From Macrostomum lignano (Eukaryota): DNA of 34,929 nucleotides. Made by a program: the position numbers and the translations under genes. Below the pieces are notes generated by a model. The model had not been told where the DNA came from. It ran no database searches and saw only the letters and a list, made by a program, of their open reading frames with translations. Shown piece after piece: positions 10,724 to 20,066 of this stretch (positions are counted from its first letter, which is position 1; every line of letters starts with the position of its first letter). The stretch spans positions 1 through 34,929 of the forward strand of contig NIVC01004795.1 in the NCBI GenBank assembly GCA_002269645.1, read 5' to 3'.

Positions 10724-11058
10724 CTGAGCTTCTCGTCCAGGTCGAATCTCTGGTCCAGGATGAAGCGCAGCAAATCGGTCAGGGACTCCTTCTCCCCGCC
10801 AGTCATGTACAGGTCGCTGGCAGGGTAGGCCAGCACGTTCAGCCGGTTGCTGCGCATGATTTTGCCCTTGACGAAGTAGAGCTTCTGGCGCAGGATGGTG
10901 AGCTTGTTGACGCCCTCGTTGAGCATGAGCAGCTGCGGCTCGCCCAGATTGCTGGCGTAGTGAACAGCAATGCACTCGCCGGCTGAGTACACCTGCGAGA
11001 TCTTGGCATCCAGCTCGGCCAGCTGCTGCATCAAATCCGAGCTGAATCCCGTTGACAT
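10724..11058 (-). CDS. Exon 1 of degenerate EF-hand-like protein (260 aa total)
   Basis: ATG at 11058, MSTGFSSDLMQQLAELDAKISQVYSAGECIAVHYASNLGEPQLLMLNEGVNKLTILRQKLYFVKGKIMRSNRLNVLAYPASDLYMTGGEKESLTDLLRFILDQRFDLDEKL(R), donor GTCAAC at 10723 (weak, but the phase matches). GC3-rich codons. An upstream acceptor ends at 11081. Confidence 0.75.
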
Positions 11059-11380
11059 CTGAGCTGTTGAGCTGCCCAATCTGTGGCAGTCTTGAATAGG
11101 AATTGCCTGGCTTGTCAGCTAAAGTTTTGCACTGCTTTTACATCTGTAGCCGTTTCTTTAATTTAAACTGGGTCCGAATGCAGAGCTGCTATTTTAGGCC
11201 ATAGACATACTCGATGCCGATCGACTATTCGATGTTGACTACCCCTGACTGTAGCAAGGGATGCTACTCAGACCAGAGGATGTTACTCAGGGGAGCAGTT
11301 TTATTGGTGCGGTGCATAGTGGGGTTTAAAGAACAAAAAGAAAGGGGTTCACCATGGTCTCAGAGGGCATTCGGCGCCAT

Positions 11381-11406
11381 GCAGACAGACAGACAGACAG
11401 ACACTA

Positions 11407-11501
<95 letters not shown>

Positions 11502-11502
11502 A

Positions 11503-11583
<81 letters not shown>

Positions 11584-11648
11584 CTGAGACAGGCAGACAG
11601 ACACTGAGACAGGCAGACAGACACTGAGACAGGCAGACAGACAGTGAT

Positions 11649-11729
<81 letters not shown>

Positions 11730-11737
11730 AAGACACT

Positions 11738-11771
<34 letters not shown>

Positions 11772-11791
11772 AAGACACTGACAGACAGACA
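11381..11791. repeat. (CAGA)n tetranucleotide microsatellite with interruptions
   Basis: Long CAGA runs with CACTGAGACAGG interruptions. Confidence 0.97.
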
Positions 11792-12118
11792 GAGTAATCT
11801 ACAACAAGATTTTGTTTGGAATAGTTTTAGTCAAAATTCTAAGATTTAATTGATGCAGCCAAATAAAGAAAAGCACGTATTTTTATACACTGGGGCATAC
11901 CATGGAACCTTACATTGTATTCAGAAAATATCGTGTTTCTAGGGAAACTCTTGCAATGAACTCGGCAAGCTCGAACATAAGACTGAGTGGCACTGGCTGC
12001 TGAAATTTGGTTTGATCAGCGAATCTCGCTGCAGGCAAGGAAAAAGACCCTGTTGAAAAAAACTGAAACAGGGTGAGAGGTTGAGACCGTCGGTGAAGTC
12101 TAGCACAGCAGTTTAGTA

Positions 12119-12340
12119 CTAATAGTAGCCAGACGTGGGCGTGGTGCCGTACATGATGGAGCGGCACTCGTCCTCGTGCTGACTGAGCGCGTGCCAGGGC
12201 ACGGCTGAGTGGCAGTAGCGGCACTCCTTCACGTGCCGGTTCTTCTCCAGCCGCTTGAGCGGGTGGTTGCGGCTGTACCAGTTGCGGATGAGGTAGCCGG
12301 GCTCCGTGCCTCTGGCCGTGTCGTTCGTGGCCGCCTCCAC
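12119..12340 (-). CDS. Exon 2 (terminal) of double C2HC zinc-finger protein
   Basis: gccttccag acceptor, VEAATNDTARGTEPGYLIRNWYSRNHPLKRLEKNRHVKECRYCHSAVPWHALSQHEDECRSIMYGTTPTSGYY*. Contains C-x2-C-x11-H-x3-C. Confidence 0.8.
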   Translation of the reverse strand: MEAATNDTARGTEPGYLIRNWYSRNHPLKRLEKNRHVKECRYCHSAVPWHALSQHEDECRSIMYGTTPTSGYY

Positions 12341-12405
12341 CTGGAAGGCGTCAATCAATAACATTGCCTTTGTTCAGTATGCCAAGCCGTCCAGAAATTA
12401 TTGAC

Positions 12406-12898
12406 ATAATGAGGCGGGTGGATAATGAGGTGGGTGGATAATGAGGTGGGTGGATAATGAGGTGGATGGATAATGAGTTGGGTGGATAATGAGGTGGGTG
12501 GATAATGAGTTGGGTGGATAATGAGTTGGGTGGATAATGAGTTGGGTGGATAATGAGGTGGGTGGATAATGAGGTGGGTGGATAATGAGGTGGGTGGATA
12601 ATGAGGTGGATGGATAATGAGTTGGGTGGATAATGAGGTGGATGGATAATGAGTTGGGTGGATAATGAGGTGGGTGGATAATGAGTTGGGTGGATAATGA
12701 GGTGGGTGGATAATGAGGTGGATGGATAATGAGTTGGGTGGATAATGAGTTGGGTGGATAATGAGTTGGGTGGATAATGAGTTGGGTGGATAATGAGTTG
12801 GGTGGATAATGAGGTGGGTGGATAATGAGTTGGGTGGATAATGAGGTGGGTGGATAATGAGGTGGGTGGATAATGAGGTGGGTGGATAATGAGGTAGG
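12406..12898. repeat. Intronic minisatellite, 16-bp unit GATAATGAGGTGGGTG
   Basis: About 30 tandem copies. Confidence 0.95.
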
Positions 12899-12936
12899 TA
12901 AAGCAGTGGAGGTATTTGAGCAAAGAGGCATATAGG

Positions 12937-13298
12937 GATGAGGCAGATGGTGATGAGGTAGATGCTGATGAGGTAGATGGTGATGAGGTAGATGGTGATG
13001 AGGTAGATGGTGATGAGGTAGATGGTGATGAGGCAAATAGTGATAAGGCAGATGATGATGAGGCAGATGTTAATGAGGCAGATGTTGATGAGGCAGATAA
13101 ATATGAGGCAGATGATGATGAGGCAGATGTTGATGAGGCAGATGTTGATGAGGCAGATGGTGATGAGGCAGATGTTGATGAGGCAGATAGTGATGACGCA
13201 TATGGTGATGAGGCAGATGATGATGAGGCAAATGGTGATGAGGCAGATGGTGATGAGGCAGATGGTGATGAGGCAGATGGTGATGAGGCGGATGAGTG
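12937..13298. repeat. Intronic minisatellite, 15-bp unit GATGAGGCAGATGGT
   Basis: About 24 tandem copies, in the same intron as the 16-bp array. Confidence 0.93.
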
Positions 13299-13339
13299 AC
13301 AACACCTGCGCCCGAGTGCAGACGCAGCGCATCGCTCAC

Positions 13340-13759
13340 ATCCTTCTTGCACTTGGCCTGGTGGGTGAGCAGCGAGGCGGAGCCGAACTCCACGCCGCAG
13401 TAGCGACACGGCGTGCCCTTGGACTGCGAGTCGGCGAAGTCGAACTCCAAGTTGCGCTTGAGAACCTCTGGGATCGTGGCGCCCATGTCGCGCAGGTATT
13501 TCTGCTCCCCGTCCTGCCCGGAGGACCAGCTGAGCGGCACCGGCATCATGATGGCCGGCTCCTCGCCGAGGAAGTTTCGAACCCCGGACGGCAGCTCGCT
13601 GGTCAGCTGGAACTGGCCGACATTCGTCAGCTGCTCGGGGCCGAACGGGCTCGGGCGCGAGTAGGTCGACTGACGCGACGACGAGGCCTTCTCCGCTGAG
13701 CTGTCGAATTTCACCCGGCGGCTGCTGCCGGCGCTGTTGCGGCTGTTGCTGACCGACAT
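13340..13759 (-). CDS. Exon 1 of double C2HC (TRAF/ZC2HC1-type) zinc-finger protein, 213 aa total
   Basis: ATG at 13759, S/R-rich N-terminus, then TPCRYCGVEFGSASLLTHQAKCKKD (C-x2-C-x11-H-x3-C), donor GTGAGC at 13339, phase 0. Confidence 0.8.
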
Positions 13760-14055
13760 CTCTTGAGTTCAGGGCGAATTTGCTTGGTGAGTTTTTTTAA
13801 CTGAAACTGCACCGCCACAACGCTTGGCACTCGAGTTGTACTTTTAATAGCCGGATTAGATATGAGTATCCCGGTCTCGGACATAGACTATAGATGGGGC
13901 CTTTGGTGTGTCTGCCATTTTCAGGGCTCAGAGCAGAGAAGCGCAAAGTGTTCTACAAGCTCGAAATTTTATTTGAAGTGTTGAACTCGTTAAGTGAAGA
14001 GTCTTCAAGGATGTGAAATTTTGAGCTTCCCAAAACGGTGTCCCAAGGAGGCGGG

Positions 14056-14450
14056 GGTCAGGAGGTGCATGGAGAGTGTCAGGAGGTGCATGGAGAGTGT
14101 CAGGAGGCAGAGGTCAGGAGGTGCATGGAGACTGTCAGGAGGCAGAGGTCAGGAGGTGCATGGAGACTGTCAGGAGGCAGAGGTCAGGAGGTGCATGGAG
14201 AGTGTCAGGATTCAGAGGTCAGGAGGTGCATGGAGAGTGACAGGAGGCAGAGGTCAGGAGGTGCATAAAGAGTGTCAGGAGGCAGAGGTCAGGAGGTGCA
14301 TAAAGAGTGTCAGGATTCAGAGGTCAGGAGGTGCATAAAGAGGGTCAGGAGGCAGAGGTCAGGAGGTGCATAAAGAGTGTCAGGATTCAGAGGTCAGGAG
14401 GTGCATAAAGAGTGTCAGGAGGCAAGGGGTCAGGAGACAGGGGTCAGGAG
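14056..14450. repeat. Intergenic minisatellite, 35-bp unit (14-bp GTCAGGAGGCAGAG + 21-bp GTCAGGAGGTGCATGGAGAGT)
   Basis: Dimeric tandem unit seen directly. Confidence 0.93.
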
Positions 14451-14701
14451 TTACTTGATCTACGGCATCTCTTGAACCAGCTTACAACTTTCATTTTGAT
14501 TTTGGTAGTTCACAGCTGAACTTCAAAACGAATTTGGTCACCATGCTGCAGCAGTTATATTTAGAATCGATTTTTTCTGGCAGTCGATGACTAAAAAATA
14601 AAGAATAGAAAAACAGTGCCAAGAAAATGATCAACTGAGCCCTTCTTTTCTTTCAGCGATTGTTGGCCAGTTAAAGTCAAAGAAAAAATGACGACAACTG
14701 C

Positions 14702-14848
14702 TCAAGCATCGGACTCGGTCACCATGGACTTCCTGGCGGGAGGGGTCCGGCAGCTGAACACCGCGGACACCAGGCCGATGAAGGCCAGCAGGATGAGGCA
14801 GAGGCTGCCGGTGGAAATGCCGGCGTGCACGTACGGGCTTCTGGTGAT
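14702..14848 (-). CDS. Exon 2 of small single-pass membrane protein (85 aa)
   Basis: ctcaccatcgcctcag acceptor, ITRSPYVHAGISTGSLCLILLAFIGLVSAVFSCRTPPARKSMVTESDA*. A ~22-aa hydrophobic helix is followed by basic residues. Confidence 0.72.
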   Translation of the reverse strand: MTRSPYVHAGISTGSLCLILLAFIGLVSAVFSCRTPPARKSMVTESDA

Positions 14849-14879
14849 CTGAGGCGATGGTGAGTGAGGCGTTAAGGTG

Positions 14880-15497
14880 CGTCAGGGGACAGTGGGTGTG
14901 TCAGAGGGACAGTGGGTGTGTCAGAGGGACAGTGGGTGTGTCAGAGGGACAGTGGGTGTGTCAGTGGGACAGTGGGTGTGTTCCAGAGGGACAGTGGGTG
15001 TGTCAGAGGGACAGTGGGTGTGTCAGAGGGACAGTGGGTGTGTCAGGGGGACAGTGGGTGTGTTCCAGAGGGACAGTGGGTGTGTCAGAGGGACAGTGGG
15101 TGTGTCAGAGGGACAGTGGGTGTGTCAGGGGGACAGTGGGTGTGTTCCAGAGGGACAGTGGGTGTGTCAGGGGGACAGTGGGTGTGTTCCAGAGGGACAG
15201 TGGGTGTGTCAGGGGGACAGTGGGTGTGTCAGGGGGACAGTGGGTGTGTCAGGGGGACAGTGGGGTGTGTCAGAGGGACAGAGGGTTTCAGGGGGACAGT
15301 GGGTGTCATAGAAGGCATAATAAGTGTGTCAGGGAGACAGTGGGTGTCATAGAAAGCATAATAAGTGTGTCAGGGGAACAGTGGGTGTCATAGAAAGCAT
15401 AATAAGTGTGTCAGGGAGACAGTGGGTGTCATAGAAAGCATAATAAGTGTGTCAGGGGGACAGTGGGTGTCATAGAAGGCATAATAAGTGTGTCAGT
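14880..15497. repeat. Intronic minisatellite, 20-bp unit GTGTCAGAGGGACAGTGGGT grading into a 41-bp unit
   Basis: 20-bp copies to ~15290, then a 41-bp unit that adds GTCATAGAAAGCATAATAAGT. Confidence 0.93.
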
Positions 15498-15552
15498 GGA
15501 CGCCATAGTAATTCTCAGGCCTCTTTGTGTCCAGATCAAAAAACTCACTCAC

Positions 15553-15663
15553 TTTAGACCCGTACGCCATATTGTACCAGTCGCCTTTGAGTCCGGGACT
15601 GTCTTGAGTCAGCGCCTGTGCGGTTGTCATGACAACAGGCAGCAGTGACAAATGTCGCCACAT
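15553..15663 (-). CDS. Exon 1 of small single-pass membrane protein (signal-peptide-like N-terminus)
   Basis: ATG at 15663, MWRHLSLLPVVMTTAQA|LTQDSPGLKGDWYNMAYGSK, consensus donor GTGAGT at 15552, phase 0 matching exon 2. Confidence 0.68.
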
Positions 15664-16099
15664 CTCACCGTAGTCCTCACAACAATCCTAAGCTAGTTGC
15701 TACGTGTTTAGTGAGCTCGTAGGCAACGAGAGAAATCGGTTTCATAATTATATTTATCAGCTAAGCTTTAGTGACGGACTGTCTATGGCAATTCTTGATT
15801 GAACTACTTGAACTTTGAAATTAAAATTTAAAATTCGAACAAAGAACACCGCAATGGTAAGGGGTGGCGTCTGGCGTGGCTCTGACAAATATTTTATTTG
15901 TCATTGATTTTTTGAACGAGAGATATTTTAGTCAAGCGAAAATCAATAAGAAAAACGGCAACTTTTCCCAGTGTCAGGTGTAGATAAAAGTTGTAAACTC
16001 ACTGCCTCCAAACAGTTAGCTTCAGAAGATCTCCAAAATAGAAACCTGAAAATAATCAATCATACCAGTGTTTTGAAATTCGAATTTCATACTTAATCT

Positions 16100-17070
16100 A
16101 TCTATGGTCAAAGCTATGGTCTATGGCCAGTTGACCATTAGTCTATGGTCAAAGCTATGGTGTATGGCCAGTTGACCATTAGTCTATGGTCAAAGCTATT
16201 TATGGTGTATGGCCAGTTGACCATTAGTCTATGGTCAAAGCTATTTATGGTCTATGGCCAGTTGACCATTAGTCTATGGTCAAAGCTATGGTCTATGGCC
16301 AGTTGACCATTAGTCTATGGTCAAAGCTATGGTCTATGGCCAGTTGACCATTAGTCTATGGTCAAAGCTATGGTCTATGGCCAGTTGACCATTAGTCTAT
16401 GGTCAAAGCTATGGTCTATGGCCAGTTGACCATTAGTCTATGGTCAAAGCTATGGTCTATGGCCAGTTGACCATTAGTCTATTGTCAAAGCTATGGTCTA
16501 TGGCCAGTTGACCATTAGTCTATGGTCAAAGCTATGGTCTATGGCCAGTTGACCATTAGTCTATTGTCAAAGCTATGGTGTATGGCCAGTTGACCATTAG
16601 TCTATGGTCAAAGCTATGGTCTATGGCCAGTTGACCATTAGTCTATGGTCAAAGCTATGGTGTATGGCCAGTTGACCATTAGTCTATGGTCAAAGCTATG
16701 GTCTATGGCCAGTTGACCATTAGTCTATGGTCAAAGCTATGGTGTATGGGCAGTTGACCATTAGTCTATTGTCAAAGCTGTAAGAGTTCAAGTCATGATT
16801 TGGTAGAACGGGCCGAAGAGAAAAAGCTCAGAGCCCCTACACGGGCGGTGCGGTTATATTTATTTAAAATATTAGATTGTTGCCGATATTGAGCATTGAG
16901 CAATGTACATTCAATGCGAGCTAGAACTGCGATCAGGCAACGTACGCTGAGTCATGCGCGGGGTGGAGAATGGTGCAACACAGGTCGCCAACTAGTCAAA
17001 TAAAGTGCATCACAAAAGCTATGGTCTATGGCCAGTTGACCGTTAGTCTGTGGTCAAAGCTATGGTCTAT
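16100..17070. repeat. Minisatellite, 41-bp unit TCTATGGTCAAAGCTATGGTCTATGGCCAGTTGACCATTAG, interrupted by a solo LTR
   Basis: About 16 copies to 16778; the array resumes in register at 17015-17070. Confidence 0.95.
16779..17014. mobile_element. Solo LTR (236 bp) with 5-bp target-site duplication AAAGC
   Basis: TGT...ACA termini, AAAGC at 16774-16778 and 17015-17019, AT-rich TATA-like core and a + strand AATAAA near the right end. Confidence 0.8.
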
Positions 17071-17208
17071 AAATAGCCCCAAGTACAGCATTTATAAACC
17101 AGCCAATATAATTCGGTTGGGTGTAAATCGCTGAAAGAGCCGTCGAGCATTGATCATGATCGGCCCTCTCCGCAGACTCGTCTGGTACTTTCGTAAACTC
17201 ATTTTTAA

Positions 17209-19720
17209 TTATTTTAGTCTGAAATCCATGTGCTGAATCTGCAAAGCCATGCGCTCCACTCTCGCAGTTGGTCTCGATCCTGGCGCCAGCATGTTGACGA
17301 GCGGTCTGTGATCCGAAATTTGGCGCACCGTGCAGGTAAGTAATGGAAACGCAGACACCCGAATTTCACTGCTAGTGCTTCCTTCTCCGTCTGGGAATAC
17401 CTTCACTCGACGTCCGAAAGTGTCCGGCTGGCATAGGCCACCGGCCTTGACGTACCTCGGAGTGTCGCTGGGCCAAAATCGCTCCAAGACCTCTGGGTCC
17501 TGCGTTGACAATGAGCTTAGTCTGCAGTCTTTAACTGAAAAAGCTCAGGGCCTCTGCATCCGTGATTCGGAGTTAGAGTTTCTGAAATGCGGTTTCCTCG
17601 ACGTCACCCCAGCACCATGCGGTGTCCTTCTTTGTTAGCCGCCGCAGGGGCTCGGCAATTTTGGCCAAGTGCGGAGTGAACACCGCCAGGTAGTTGACCA
17701 GGCCTAAGAAGGATCTCACTTGGCTGACTGTCTCCGGCGCCTTGAAGGCCCTGACTGTCTCGATTTTGTCCTCGGTTGGCTGGACTTCATTAGCAGACAG
17801 TGCATGCCCATGAATGTGATTTCGTCCCTGGCGATCTTGCACCTGCTGGGTTTGACAGTGATGCCATGCTGCAGTAGTCAGGTAAGACAAGCAGACAGAT
17901 TCTTGTTGTGCTCCTCAAGTGTGTTGCCGAATACCACGATGTCGTCGTGGATCCACTTGACTTTTTCGAGACCAGCTAGAACTCCCGACATGACGCTTTG
18001 AAGAATTTCCTGCGCTGTGGACAGGCCCATGCACAGGCGTTTGAGTCGCCGCAGTCCTCGAGGAGTGGAAAAGGTCAGTAAGTTTATGCAGCTCTCGGCT
18101 ATCGGGATTTGATAAGAAGCCTTTGCTACGTCCAACTCCGAGAAAATCTGGCGCCTGTCATGCATCCGGTTACCTCCTCGAAATTCGGGATCTGATGTCT
18201 CTCCCTGACGACGAATTTGTTGACGTCTCGAAGGTCCTAGGTGATCCGCACTTCTCCTGACTGCGCCTTCGGCACTACGACCATTCTAGCCACCCATGGG
18301 GCCGCCCCGCTCGACGGCTCAATGATATCTAGGTCCTCCAATAGCTGAAGTTCTTTGTCGACGGCTGCAGCCAGGTGTATCGGAACCCTTGATGGCGCGT
18401 GGCAGACAGGCCTTGCATCGTCGGTCAGATGGATGGTTGCGGTGTAGTTCTTGACGCATCCAATGCTGCCAAACACCTGGGAGTGATCCTGGAGGATTCG
18501 GCCGAGCTGCAGATGGTCGGGCAGGGTGCTGTCGGTAGAGCGGCCTTCTTTGGAAAGTAGATCGATTGGGTTTTTCGACCCACCTAGGGTGGAGCACTTG
18601 AGCTGCCAGACTGTTGCTGGGTGAACCGATGCGAAGGATCTGCATTTCGCCGGCTGTTTTCCTTCCTAAGACAGTTGCTCCGTTGCCATTGAAGACGAAG
18701 GGAGCGTCCGAAGTTACTTCAAAGACATTGACCGGCAGTGTCACCTTGCCGAGTAGCTGAAGCCGACAGTCGCTGCCGTAGGCGAAAAGTCTGTTGCTTG
18801 CAGGTTGCAGTTTTGGTTTTCAAGACTTGTAGCTTTTGACGCCCATGATGTTGCATCCAGCTCCGCTGTCGATGAGAATTTGCATGGAAGTTCCTCCAAT
18901 CTCGACGGCTACTCTTGCAGCCGCTGGGTCGCTCGCAATTTAAAAGACGGCCTCTCGGTCGGTATTGGTCTCCTCCGTTGGGATGGCGTTGAGCTGACCT
19001 GCCTTGCCGGATCTGCGTGCGCGAGCGAAGTGCCCGATCTTGCCGCACTTTCTGCTAGACTTGCCCCTGGCGGCTGGCGCTATCGCATTCAGCATGGCCG
19101 GTCCTGCCGCATCTCTTGCATGTTGTGAGCGGGGCCCCGTGTGCTGTCCTCTGCGCTCCACCGATCGCTGCGACACTGTCTGCCGTTGGTCGGCTGGCGG
19201 TCCCCATTGCCTGCGCCTGCTGCTCCGCCGCCTCACTGGCCCGGATCTTGAGCAATGTGTCTGCCAGGCTGATGTCGCCCGACTGCAGAAAGTCGCGCCT
19301 CGTCTTCTCCGACCGGCAGTGCGCCACGACCTTGTCCCTTATCAGGGAGCTGGTCAGATTCCCGAACTGGCAGGGCTTTTCTGGCAGTTTCTTCAGGCGT
19401 GAGTACCATGCGTCGATGCCTTCACCCTCGAGCTGACGACAGGCTTCGAACATATATCGCAGGAAGACGATGTTGTTCTTCTTGTCTAAGTGGTCCTAAA
19501 TGTTCTTTGCCAGATCCTTGGCCGTGTCTCCCCGCGCAATTTTATTTTAGTGACGGGTGAAGGCATCGAACTAATATGTGGATGTAGAGTAGGATCTCCT
19601 GGGCCTGGCTCTCGTTCTTGATTCCGGCTGCTACAACGTAGCTCTCCAACCGCCGGGTCCAGGCCTTCCACCGTTGGGCTACTGCATGAGGCTTGCTTTC
19701 TGCCTTGAACACACTGGGAG
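17209..19720 (-). mobile_element. Decayed Ty3/Gypsy (Mag-like) gag-pol remnant; no integrase or LTRs visible
   Basis: Gag: AVAQRWKAWTRRLESYVVAAGI, YMFEACRQLEGEGIDAWYSRL, LIRDKVV, and degenerate twin Zn knuckles (CKRCGRTGH; RKCGKIGHFAR). Protease: LIDSGAGCNIMG (~18860-18880). RT: PWVARMVVVPK...VRIT*DLRDVNK, IFSELDVAKASYQI, WIHDDIVVFG (17941-17952). Connection: VRSFLGLVNY. RNase H: ISDHRPLVNML...ARVERMAL. In-frame stops and frameshifts are present. Confidence 0.9.
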
Positions 19721-20066
19721 TTTTAAAGTAATTAAAAGTCCATTTGAGCAGGAAGTGTTCTCAAGCACAACGTACTTCTTCTTTAGCCCTCGTGACTCAA
19801 ATAACGCAACAAGCGGTCCGGTACGTATTTATTAAAGTACAAAATAAAGTGTACACTAATACAATAAAAATATTACTAAAACTAAAATGTACTCGTAGGA
19901 CTTAAATTTGTGCTATTATAAGTTACTTATGCTTGTACAGGTGCATACGTTCGTCCTTACTATTAAACTATACACTTCTGCTTGGATGACTAGCGAATCC
20001 TAGCAATAGGCCGGGGCAACCCGGCAACAGGCTGCAAAGCGAGCGGAAGAACCTCGTCTAACTACC

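Noticed and set aside
12351-13409. Acidic 'DEAD' repeat ORF 12916-13299 and His/Ser/Ile-rich ORFs
   Set aside because: 15- and 16-bp intronic minisatellites of the C2HC gene; the DEAD text is not a helicase motif.
13994-15393. ORFs over the 35-bp and 20-bp arrays, and (CAGA)n ORFs at 11214-11778
   Set aside because: Pure repeat translations.
16983-16990. TGGCGACC on the minus strand as a primer-binding site; 16779-17014 as the 3' LTR of the Mag remnant
   Set aside because: The motif lies inside the TSD-bounded insert, and identical TSDs on both sides show an independent solo insertion.
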